Source of the DNA: Kudoa neothunni
Taxonomy: Eukaryota; Animalia; Cnidaria
Reading direction: 5' to 3'
NCBI GenBank assembly: GCA_964304625.1
Contig: OZ199840.1
Span: 1,900,532-1,964,531, forward strand
DNA length: 64,000 nucleotides
Each line of letters begins with the position of its first letter. The first letter of the stretch is position 1. A program made the position numbers and the translations under genes. This document shows, in pieces, positions 38,785 through 51,655 of this stretch. The notes under the pieces were generated by a model that was not told the DNA's origin, ran no database searches, and was given only the letters and a program-made list of their open reading frames with translations.

Positions 38785-39899
38785 TTGGAGATTTGTTAAG
38801 TTATTTCGAGGAAGAAAATATTGCGCTAGAGCAAAAGGAACTTACAAAGTTTTTATTTGCTGCGTGCGCGTGATTAGAGGAACTTCGGAAATATGTGAAA
38901 ATATTTTCAACAAAGAAAAACAGAATAAAAAGCGAACACAGCTAAAACCCTTTTCATTTCCTTTTGAAATTGGAGGTGATAATATTGATACTTGTGTGCG
39001 TAATGAAAAAGGCGATGACTATTGGCCTGGCAGATTGACATTGCGTGTTCTATAAATCTACTTTAAGTTTGTATACCATTAAATTTAACCTTATAAATAA
39101 CATTTCAATGATGAATATATCTAGTAACTATGTTTTATTGAAGAATATGTAAGAAGATCTTCAGGGGTTGGGAATAATTTATTGATGTTGACAGAAATCA
39201 ATTATTCATCTTGCAACCAATTAATTTTAATTACAATTATAAAAATGTTTATACAAGTATATTTTCATAATTATGTTTTAAAATTCGGAATTAAAACCGA
39301 ATTTAACTCTATATTTTAAATATATTTGAATCAATAAACTGTTCGAAAAGAAGGTATTACATTAAACATAATAATCAAAACCCACATGACTCAAAATAAT
39401 TGAAACTAGATTCTTATTTATCAAATCGATCAGTCTTTAATATTAAAAATCGAAATAAAAATTTTTGATAATTATAGTTTCGTTGTAATGGTTATTGCCT
39501 TAATACCACTTGCAATATTGTTCCTAAAAACAAATAAATATGTTATGAATCTTAATATTGAACAAATACAATAAAACAAAACGTTAGATCGTATAAAAAG
39601 TCTCATTAATTTTAATTATATTCACGCAAACGCTTGTAATCAACGATTAATCATTTTTACCTTAGTTATTTTTATAAGAATAAATATGCTCAGAAAATAT
39701 TGTTACTTTACTCAATATGAATTAATCAAAGTTATAATTGATTTCTTCTTACATTATTGCCTATTATAAAAAAATTAAATACAAAATCGAGATAAAAAAA
39801 TGCGAGAAAATAATAAATGATATACGATTCCATAATATTATCGTAATATAATAATAAAGACAAGAGTAAACAAAAATATTTCAAATTTTTGAATTAAAA

Positions 39900-40914
39900 G
39901 AGATAATTTTGGAAACCAGTTGTTCATCCCATGATCTTTCATTTTTTTGTAGCAAATGGGCAATATACTTTGCCTTAAGTTATTGTAAGCATAACCAACA
40001 CTGCTGAAAAATCTTTCAACATCATTAGAGATAGGAACAATGAATCTAGTATCGATATATTAAGTGGAAGGTCTCTTCTTAAACTTTCTGTTACGACGGG
40101 AATTTTAGTTATCAGAACCTTGTATACATAATTCCAAACCAGCTGCTAGTGCCATTTCTCATCGTATGACAAATCCTAAATATATCCATCTTGTATTTTG
40201 AAAATGAATTATTTTCGAATCAATACCAAGTGTTTTATGAAGACTTGGGTGAGTACGAATTAATTCATTTAATAGATACCGAGCTTCTGCCATTGTAGTA
40301 TTCTCCTTTGGGAGGGACAATGAAACAGAATGGAATTTTTTAATCTTTCGTATCTCTCCACCATTTCAAATGTACTGGACCACCGCTTTTCATTTTTTGT
40401 GATGGGTCTGAGATTTGTGAAAGTCCGTAATATCTCAAAATTTTCTAAATTCATCAATAAAATATTCATATGGCTTCACAAATTCCAAAATAGCCAAATT
40501 CAGCCGATGGGAAGAATAACTGATTAAAAGAACGCCACAGAGCTTTGCAAGGGCTTTGTTGACTTCTGCGTTGTCTCCACAGATAGCAACTACATTTGAT
40601 AATGATTTCCTATAAATTTGCAAAACAAATTTGATCAATTCATGGTGTTCAACGGCTGTAAATGTTGTCTCGATCAACAATGGAGAAAAGGTTAACAAAC
40701 CGGTCTCATAGCTATTTGGATAATTTGAGGTGTAGGCAGAAAAATTTTCGGATATTGTTGGCGTTTTTTTTAATTCTTGATATTCCCCGTGCTGACTTCT
40801 ATTGTACCAATTCTTTTCCACATTCGCATCTCCCTTTGATTTTATTTCGTCCGTTTGAGAGAAATATATTTTAACGATCGACTTAGGATTTCGAGACATT
40901 TTTCGATGACACAA
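39900..40914 (-). pseudogene. hAT-family transposase pseudogene
   Basis: AICGDNAEVNKALA, SSHRLNLAI, RWSSTFEMVERY and IVPISNDVERFFS (about 40000-40040), fragmented. Confidence 0.8.
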
Positions 40915-41326
40915 ATTAATAAGAATATAATTATAATTTTAGTAGGCGCAAAACGGCGAATCGTACACGTGGGTTAAACGATAATGATAGAATGGTATTT
41001 GCTAACTCCGATAACTACTTCATCGAAAAATTTTAAAAATAGGTATAATTTTGATAAATATAAATTATTATGTTATTCAACTTAATATTTTAATAATTAT
41101 AGGGATTATTTGATTTTTTAACATTTAGAAGTAGGGTTTCCCCGATACCAATAAAATTTCGTTTTCAAAACCAGTATATAATGAAGGATGTTGTGTCAAA
41201 TTACATTAAAATTGGATGTTTAAAATTATTCCTACATTTTTATAAATCTTTACGCATTCCACCATTGAATAGTACAAAAAACATATTAGGTTTGCGATTT
41301 TCATTAGGCTTGTCAGTTAAATATCG

Positions 41327-42076
41327 GGTAATGGTAAAGTATGCGGCACCTAAAAAACGTCCTATTGTGCATGCTTGTTCGCATTTCTTTTTTCACGATT
41401 CTTGATAATACAGTGGTTGACGTGTAGTTCGTAATTTGAGAAAAAGTAACGAAACTAACGTACACCTATGATTATATGTCATTTATTTCTCAAGCTATTC
41501 AAAAACATTTATTTGACCGTTAAGAATATTCATAAAATATTTTTAAATTAATTAATTAATTAGGTTTTTTATGGATTATTTTGTAATGACGTGTGGTTCG
41601 TAACTTTTCAGGTGCGTTGAGATTTTCGTTTTCGATTAATGGCGAAATGGAGGAGAGAAATAAAAATTGAGTTAGGATATTAAAAGCGAAAAATTATTCT
41701 GTTGCAAATTGCCTCTCTCATTTGTCTAATTTAAGACATTATTTGAAATATCAAGGTTGAAATAGTTATAAACATCAAATGGATATTGAACGAGAAGTAT
41801 ACAATATTACTATAACTGAGTAATTTTCTTCAAAATAAATTATCATTATAATTGAGTTATATCATTTATTCCTCCGTGATAGTTCGTAATTTTTTTCTGA
41901 GTCCCAATGGGATTACAAACCACCCGTCACTCACTGTAAAATAAAAGAATATGGGAGCAATAATTCAGCTCAAAATTTATTATTTATTATTTTATTGTTA
42001 AGAATCGTGAAAAAAGAAATGTGGAAAAACATGCGCAAGAGGACGTTTGTTAGGTGCCGCATACTTTACCATTGTC
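41327..42076. mobile_element. Merlin-like (GGTAATGG-ended) MITE carrying a nested pogo MITE
   Basis: About 80-bp imperfect TIRs ggtaatggtaaagtatgcggcacctaa ... ttaggtgccgcatactttaccattgtc, related to the TIRs at 49310 and 51210. No TSD found. Confidence 0.6.
41411..41936. mobile_element. pogo/Tigger-family MITE, nested
   Basis: TA|CAGTGGTTGACG ... CCCGTCACTCACTG|TA. Ends are similar to the 34941 element. Confidence 0.75.
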
Positions 42077-44020
42077 GAAATAAAACTTTTTTTTGAATGA
42101 CTAGAAATTTTGGCGTAATCTCATTAGAATACATCAAATGTCTAAAACAGTGGTTCCCTACAGGAGATGTGAGAATCACTCAAAATCGAATGTAGAAATA
42201 ATCTGTTTGCAAGTTCAATAATGATGAAGTTTTGGTCCATTTTAATATAATATTCCACCGACATATATTTATTATTTATTAAGAGGGGATTGTGAATGTT
42301 TTTGGCTTTCTTATCGCTAACATTTGAGAGTCATCATTGATATACTATTATTAATAATGCTTCCATTTTTAAAGTGTACTTAAAAAAAGTATGAAAAATA
42401 CTGTTGGGACATGTTTTGCGAATGATACACATTTAACGAAATTATTTATTGTTTAAATTTAAGTTTTAGACGATAAAAAAATTATAAATGATACAAATAT
42501 TATTATATATGTAATGAACTTCATACGGTTCATTGTTATAATAGGGTGGTCGTATTTGTATTAAATATATACAGTTAGCGTAATTTTTGTTATAATAATT
42601 TAAAGTATCTTCGTTGTCGCCCACGTATATTATAAACAACTACTAATCACATTTTAGGCCTAAGTATTGGTTTTTATTTTCCTGTTTACATCCATTTTTT
42701 ATGTTTTAAGCTCATAAAATTTATATCGAGATTGTTTGTGGAATGAGTTATGTTTCGACGTACATAATAGATTGTTAATTAGAGGCAGAGCATCGATTTT
42801 ATTGTAGACCTGATAAAAATAATGATACTACCAAACCCTTAAACTCACGGATAATAATAGGGAAGTTCATTGAAAGCAAACTTTAATTTTTACATTTATA
42901 TATTCGTTTTTGTTGAACGTTGGAGACCTTTTTAGTCCATTTTGTCGATAACTATTTTGCTATTTCGTAAAGTTTTAAAAATTACTTAAATTCATAATAT
43001 TAAATATAAAAATGGTGTCTAATAGACCCCAAAAGCACTAAGTGTATGTATAGTCGATTTTGAGGCGCTCGGAAGGTTAAACAATTTTTCCATTGCCAAT
43101 TTATTTTTCTTAGTTGTTCTTACCGCGCCTCGTTAGTAGATATTCGTCAACTTCAACTATTTTATTAGCTCCACCAAATTTCTCTCTTCGTTGAAACATT
43201 CCACAGCCAATCAATATTTTTTCTAAAATTTATGTTAATTCTGTCAATCTACATCTGCGTTCTTCAATACACCAAAAATAGATTAATTAAATAAGTGAGA
43301 TACTGGAAATTTTGGCATGTTTTTATTTTATTTGTAATTTTTCCGAAGAATGTGAAGGTTCTAGGGAAAATGAATCCTATAATCTGGCCAAAAAGTAAAT
43401 ACTGCAGAAAAAATCTGTCGATGTATTTGTTGTTGTTGTTGTTGTTGTTGTTGTCACCTGTAGAAGTAGTGTTATATCTGAGATAATTTTCCCATAAATC
43501 AGGGTTTTTATCTATCCTTTACCAGAGAAGAAAGCGAATGATGTATTCATGAGGAACAAAATGTGGTAAAGTTGAAGCTGGGCTATAAAGTCCGCCATGA
43601 TGATAGAGTTATATTGAAACAGATTAAAGTAATGGTGTATAAATTTATCACTATAAATCTTTTAAGAAATATGTCAAACTATTTTCAATACTAATATTTA
43701 TTCAAAATAAAATTTTTTCAATAAATTTAAAAATTATAAAAACTGTATCCTTTTGAAGGTTAATTACGTCAAAAACAGGAAGGAAAATGTGGAATACGTT
43801 TTTTAGTATCTTCTATAATGGCAGAGATTTTTATTATCAGGTGAATGGGCAGTCCGAGCAAGAGAATAATGAATCTATGAGAAAATTCATCCCTTAAATT
43901 ATATATTTTCTACTTTTCCAAGAATATCACTGTATAAAAATTAACAATATTTAAAATAAAGCAACAGCATTAAATAATGAAATTTTCTTTACTATAAACA
44001 AATTTAGAAAAGAGTCCATT

Positions 44021-47000
44021 TTATAGGTTATAAGTACAACAAAATTTATATTGAGATATGTAAATGTACAACGCAAAAAAATGTTGTACATTTTTTAGCT
44101 GGTGAGTTAGTTTATAGAAAAATTTATTTATAATTGGATTTTCTATTTAATTGAGGATAGGATGGTTCACTATCTGAATCGGATCCTAGACACAACGTGT
44201 CGTTTGAAGTGATGTCATTGGAGTTGCTAGAGAGCAATTGAAGAGTTGACATGACGTTAAAAATATTTTCGTTGGCCGAACCTACCGAACTTCTTGATAT
44301 TTCCTTGCAGCTAAATGAAAAAGCGCCTCAAAACACGCAAAAGTGATAAAATTCAATACCAGCTTAGTAGGCAGTTGTCTTCCATTAAAAATCCAAGGAT
44401 ATTAATAGCAAAACGATCGATTTCAATGTATGTGTTGCTGTTTTGCTGTATAAATTCACAAGAAATATCCTAAAAACATAGAAAACGCTAAGTACAACGA
44501 TTGAAAAACCACATCTATATCCATCATTGTTGGTAGGAAGTCTTGGTTGAAATTGTTGTTTAACGTAATCTCCAAATAATCTCCATACACTCTACAAGAT
44601 AATAATTAATGGTAGATTTATATTCACATTAATATATGAAAACATTATACTTTATTACGTCTATATCTGGGACATAATTTTGGATCCGGTTAGCTATAAT
44701 ATTCAATACACCATCACGATTGGATTCGGAGTTAAATGATTTGTTTTTAGTGGGTGTCACACGGTAGATTTTATCTACTGCACCATGATAATTTAGTAGA
44801 TCCATTAGAATAGAATAGAATTTCTTCAAATTGGTATGTTTTAGTTTTACTTCAAACTTGGATACTATTGGTTTATGATCGGAAACGTTGGAATCCCCAC
44901 ATCCATAATACATACAGGTTACGGGGTCTTTAATCACCCCTAAAAAGGATGAAAATACAGTTTTTCAATCTATACGTTCATTACTTGGAATTATTTGATT
45001 GCTGGCGATAGACAATCTTCTTGTATTTTTGAATTCTGAATCAGAATCAGTAAAGAATGTCTCCAGAGATTTGGTCCACCAAAGTATTCGATCAGTGTAT
45101 GAAGGTGTGCGTTTTTTCTCACTAGTATCGTAGATATTTGTAAAAGGGTCGAATTTGTATGTTGGAATGAAATCGATAGTTCCTTCTTTGAAACCTTGAA
45201 ATACCTATATTTACGTTGGATTAATAAAAAAGCAAGCTTGAAAAATTTCCAAAAACTAATAGAAAATAGAGGAGGAATTACATTATTGGATTGGATTTCC
45301 CGAATAAGTTGATCTTGTGACAATAGAGCTTTGATGTGATTGCCATGGGCTAGCGATCTGGCAACACTGTAAGGGAGCTCTATTCGATAGTTGAGATCTC
45401 CTGCCCAGAAGATAATATCGTTGTCAAAGAAAGTTTGAAGGAATTTGAATTCGTGTTTTTTGACAATCTCAGCATAATCTGCATTTCTTTGGTCGCATTT
45501 TGATGCACCGGGGCCCGCACAGAGATGAGAGACCACAAAACAAATCGATGTGTTGAAGAGAATGAAACCAATCGAGACACCTCCCTTATTTCCGTAGTTC
45601 CCGCCAAGACCAGTTTTTACCGAACTCACAGTTAACTCTCTGCCAAAAAAACTTAAGAAAAATGGTTGTTTTTCGATCTACATACTTGATGTGTTCTACG
45701 TGACATTTTTTGACAAAAACCATAATAGCAATACCAACAAGTTGTTGATTTCCCAAAAATACATAGTTTTCATTTCTTCCGTAAAAGTTTATGGCTTTGA
45801 GTATTTGATTTTTCCAAACGACAAGCGTTTTATCTGAAGCTTTCAACACTGATGATGCATTTAGGTCTACAGTTTCTTGAAACCCAATCACGTATATATC
45901 GGATGGTTTTTCGAGTGGAAATGATTCGGCGGATTCAGCCTGTATATACTTGGGGTTAGTTCGATGGGGATAGAGAATCCAGTTTTCGAGATCCTGAAAC
46001 ATAACCGAAGTGCCATTTTTGCGAATCCCTCCGTTCACATTCCACGACCCAATGGTTATTGTGAGTTCTACATCGTCCATGTATTCATCGCTACGTTCTA
46101 GCAGAGAGGTCAACAATTTCGGTGGTAAGAGTGTGCTTTGTAAGAAATCCCTTGGAAACGCAGTGGCCATTTTAGAGTAAATTGTGCTGTCAAATCTGAA
46201 AAGACCACAATTCATCGCTTGAATTTGTTTCATAATGAGATTCCTATTTGTGTTGGCGTTGAAAAATTTTTGCAGTTTTCGTTTAACGCTGATAGCATTA
46301 GCTTTCAAAATCTTGGAGCTCTGTGGAATAGAAGATTATTATTGTAATCGATGTAGAAGCAGATGCGTTACTTTTTTCTTTTTGAAGTAAACCATTGAAC
46401 TTCCTTGAAGAAGTTTGACACAGTTGTCGTTGTTTTTATTCCACAACTGATGTACTTTGCTAGAAATCTCGTTCAGTTTAGTCGGTCCTATCCACTGAAT
46501 TTCCAACGATTTAAATATTTGTTTCAATATCTAACATTGTAAGTGAAGTATTGAGTCACTGTTTAACTATTCTTAATAGATTATAAGATTACTTGAGCGG
46601 CAAGTATTCGTTGAATATTGTTGGTTCTATCCAAACAGTCGAAACAACTGGTCCTTACCAATCCAATTTGATCTCCAATATGTTTCACAAAGTTACCCTT
46701 TGCATCTCTTAAGTATAAGTCATTCTACACATTTTCGTATACTTTTGTTACATTGTTGCCCAGAAGAATTGATTATAATTTAAAAACACACTAAAATTGT
46801 CAAACAGCCAGTTTTCAAGTTGTTTTTTGTTGATTTTACTATCGGGTTCCTCATTTAAATCATAATTCAGTAACCGAACGTTTACGGGGTTTATTTTATT
46901 AAAAATTTTCTATATAAACACAAATACTTCTATATATATATTTCTAGTGGAAGTAGATTACTTACGTTAAAATAGTAATAAAGTTCATTTTCCACAGATT

Positions 47001-48693
47001 TTTTTGATAACAGAGAAAGACATTTAACCTGACCATATTGTGTCTTTAGTTTTTTTAGATGTTTGCTCATTGAATAGCAGGAAAATATTTCGTTTCTAGT
47101 GAATTTGATTTTTCTGTCGCCCTAAAATGTAATTTTGATTCAAACATTTAAAACGATATAATTTATTTTAAGATATTCTCTTATAAATATATAATGATAC
47201 AGAATTAGTTTTTTTTACAATAAGATGATATTATGTGAGCTTACTTGAACAGTGGAAATCTGTTTCCAAAACACAGGGACCGACCCTCTTACTTGAACAA
47301 ACGAAGCAATATTTTTATTAAACTCGACGATCTATTTTAGTAGAAAAATAAACGTTTGAACAGAAAATAAAAAAAGTTAGTTACTTGTTCACTTTCTATA
47401 TAATTGGCGACATTACCGTAGTCATCAACCCCTCTAACTTCCATCTTAAAATTTTCATTTTTCCAACCCAACCGAGATATTAAAAGCAGAGAAAAATTTT
47501 TCTTTGTTGTACGAATAAAAACTTCGGGACTGTTGTATTTAGCAGAACTGTTTGATGATAACGATGCAATTCCGGAGCCGCACTCGCCTAGATTCAATTC
47601 GCCAGGGGGTGATTTACATCCGCGCTGATACGAATCCACGCGCAGAAATGGCTGAGAACCCGACTCACTGTTATCATCAAAAATTGGTTGATCTGAATTC
47701 TCACCTTTAATCACAATTTCGTTGACCTCACTTGTGCTAATAATAATTTTTTCTATAGCGATCGACCCACAAATCAAATAAACTATCCATTTGGCTGGTT
47801 GTCTTAACAGTGTGTAGAGATGCGCCCCTCGATTCCTATTAATAAAATTTTTATTTATTTTAAAAAATAATTTTGAATTATCACGTAATACCATAGAAAT
47901 GTGCTATGATAATCCATGTGTGTTGTTGTGGATTCGCTGTACTGCATTTGTAATTGTAACGACTGGGAAATATCCACAAATTGTGGGGAGTTGGTAGAAA
48001 TGTTCTTGTGGGCATAATAGAAATTGCCAGTCGAGAAAAATTTCATCCAATATTCCGCAATTGTAGCGGTGCTTCCATTGTTATTGTTATTGTTATTCGA
48101 AACGGACTCACGTTTAACTCTACAATAAATTTTATTTTTCGATTCAATCGCATTGTTTCTGTGGTACGTTGTGTTGTTTTCCACATGAAAAAGTGGGATA
48201 AAGGAAACGTCTTTAACTCGTTCGTATGTGACACCTCCTACTGTTCCCGTGGTGATTTTTTCAGTGATAAATCCAACATAATCTCTGATTTCATCTTAAA
48301 TGTTAACCGAAGTGATATGAAATGTATTTGGATTTAACTAAGATGATTGGATTACCTTCTTCACAGATATTAAATATTCCTAGACAGCCAAAACATTTAA
48401 ATCGAAATTGTAACTGGTTGCTGCTAATAAAACTCCGAGTTTGAGTTGGTTCTATATGAACAAAGTGGATTTATAAAATTATACATAAAAATCCAAATAT
48501 AATGTTCATAATTACAAATTAGATTGAAATTATTACCTAGTAACGTGGCAAATGTGTCTTCTAACAACAATCCTTCATTTGAGTTGATGTTAACCAAAAC
48601 TATTCGTACATGAGTCCTGGTTTTATCTTCCGAAGCGTGCGTTACCAGCCCTTCATACACTTTAAACTCTTGCTGGGCACAATAGTTAACCAT
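44021..48693 (-). CDS. SYNJ: Synaptojanin (Sac1 plus inositol polyphosphate 5-phosphatase), multi-exon, 3' end uncertain
   Basis: Sac1: [38 protein letters not shown] and catalytic [12 protein letters not shown]. 5-phosphatase: [38 protein letters not shown] and SDHKP. Canonical short introns where checked. Confidence 0.92.
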
Positions 48694-49309
48694 TTGGAGA
48701 TAAGTCCAATATTCACTAATTTGGCCAACAACGAAACACACAGATGAACCAACGGATAAATGGAAATCAGCAGATTATAGCTGAATAACTATCTTTCAAA
48801 ATTGGTATTTCCTAATAAGATTGATGCTTTCGGCATTATTCCGAACTATCATCAATAGTACTCTAATACAACAATTCATTTACGAACTACTCTATGACTT
48901 TCTACTACCGCTGTCTATTATTATGTCGATAAATTTACTTAGAAATTTATATATTCGGATATTATTTTAAAAAACTTCTCTTCGGTATTCTACCATTTAA
49001 AGTATGACATTTAGCCATTATTTTGCTGATTGGATAACCATTCATTCATTGAACGATTTTATCCGCTCATATATCAATAATATGGAATAATATTTTGTCA
49101 GTAACACAAGATTATTTTTTAAAAATGTTTCAAGAGATTTAAATTATATTTTTACTGGGATTTAAAAAAAAGGCACTGGCTATTGTTACGGGAGGGAATA
49201 ACTCCAAATCTACAAACTCACATAAGATTTGAAATTTATATTTGCAATCAATGATTTTTGGCCTAACATAATTAACCGTTTTGGAGAAAATTTGAGCTAT
49301 TGAAATTTC

Positions 49310-51210
49310 GGTAATGGGGGAGTGTGTGGCACCTAAAAACCACTATCTTGCGCATGTTCCTTCTTCTTAATTTCTTCACGATTGTTTATAATAAAATAAA
49401 ATAATGCCGAGAGCAAAGATTCAGCTCAAAACAACAACTTCTAAATTCTAACAATTCTTAACCCGAACACTGACGGATGCACGTGCAATCTCTATCGTGT
49501 GACAATAAACATTGAATTTTCTTTTTCTTTCCCCTCTTATTAACTCGACTGTTACATATTATCAATATTTAAATTTTTTTCTATTTTAATATAACAACTT
49601 TAAATTGATAAACTTAAAAACAGGTCTTTCGCATTTTTCACATAAAAACGTCATATTTTCTATTACATAAATATGTTATATTAACTACTAATGTGTATAA
49701 ACAAGTTTGCTATAGTTATGTTTAGTTTGTAATTTTTTTTGACGATTTTATATTTACTTATAGGATGGTTATACTTGCATTTAAATTAACATTTATTAAC
49801 TGCAAAATTATATATGTAAATATCAACAATTCTAAATTCTCATTATGTTAAAGACCTTATACAAAAAATGTGTGCCCAAATACTTTATTGATAAGAATTT
49901 ATGCAATAATTCTTTTTGATAAATAAAAATGGGAGCCAGAATCAAATTTGAGGATAAATAATAGGAGTGATTATTGTAGTAATTGCAATAATTTTAATGT
50001 GTTATTTTTTAATCTACATACTTATTTAATTGCCAGAAAAGATCTTATAGAAAATTTTAATATATCATTTTTTTCTGGTAAATAAGTCTTTTTGAAATAG
50101 TAAAAGAATTATATCGTAAAGGAATTTTGACGGAGATATTATGTTTATTAGTGAAACAATTTTTTATTGTTATTCATAATTCATTAAATCAGGGGTAAAA
50201 TTTAAATGACGGGCGAGTAAATTAAGTAACATCGAAACTGGATGTGGAATTTTTTGCTTTATATGCTTGTGATGTATTGCAGGATTGCTAAGGAATTATA
50301 TTATGTGGGGCTATTAAAATAAATATGAATTAAGGAGAAATTCTTACAAAAATTTGTAGGAATAATTATTTAACAGTTATTTTTAAAACTATTATCAATC
50401 TCTATCTTTTATGCCTTTTTTATTTTTTGGTGATGCATCCCCTAATAATTATAATAATACTTGACATGACTATTTTCGTGGTAATTAATATTTATGGATC
50501 AATAGTTGTGACTACTTTAATTATGTCTAGGCCATAAGAGCGAAGAAATTGGCAAGAAATAATTTAATCTGGAAAATCTGAAAAATTAAATCTATGTACG
50601 GCCCGTCAATACGATTACCGTATCTTTCTCTTCTTGCTGAACTTATATGCTTAAATAAATTGAACAAGGTAATCATATATTACTTGAGGAATTATCCGAC
50701 ACTTGGTTCTCTGATGGATCATATTGACTTCCGCTCATATAATCGATTGCTATAAGATCGAAAGTATAACAAGCTATAATAACGAAATATAGTGCATTAA
50801 ATAATTTCACAGGATCATTAATCAACGAAAAAAAAGCGTCATCTCCAAGAAAACTTAGCGAATCCATTTCTTTAACACGTGTTAAGCTAACCCATTATTT
50901 TATTAACGAAGTTTATATGTTATTCAAATAAAGGAATTAAATTATTATGTTCAATAATAAATCATTACAGTAATGATTAATTTGGAAATAAGAGAAAATT
51001 CAATGTTTATTGTCACACGATAGAGATTGCACGTGCATCCGACAGTGTTGGGGTTAAGAATTGTTAGAATTTAGAAGTTGTTATTTTGAGCTGAATCTTT
51101 GCTCTCGGTATTATTTTATTTTGTTATAAACAATCGTGAAAAAATTAAGAAGGAGGAACATGCGCAAGATAGTGATTTTTAGGTGCCACACACCCCCCCC
51201 CCCCATTACC
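49310..51210. mobile_element. 1.9-kb non-autonomous element with about 210-bp TIRs (Merlin-like GGTAA ends)
   Basis: 49310-49522 is a near-perfect inverted copy of 50993-51210. No transposase ORF and no TSD found. Confidence 0.75.
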
Positions 51211-51655
51211 CACAACAATTGTATCATAATCAGTCTAATACAATATTTCTAACTCATGCGCTTAATACTTTTCGTAAACTAATAATTTACTATCAACTGT
51301 TTTAAATTTTCAAATTATATAAATATGCCGCCTATCTAATATAAGTGAGCAGTTGCCACAAAATTAAAAATGTTTCTTGGCGCACGCTCATATTAACAGA
51401 AGCTAAAATTGTTTATTTCATTTGAGTCTTATCCTTATTAGCTGATTTTACGCAAGCAATTTTGCATATTAATTTTATTAAACGTTAAAAAGATGAGCTA
51501 AAGCTATTTTTTAATCCAAAACTCCTTACAATGATGTTGTATTTTTCAATAGCTCAAATTTTCTCCAAATATAAATTGTCCGAATAAAGTCACTTAATTT
51601 TCATAAGGTATTGTTATATAGATTATTAAATTAAGAAGGATAAAAGATATTTTAA

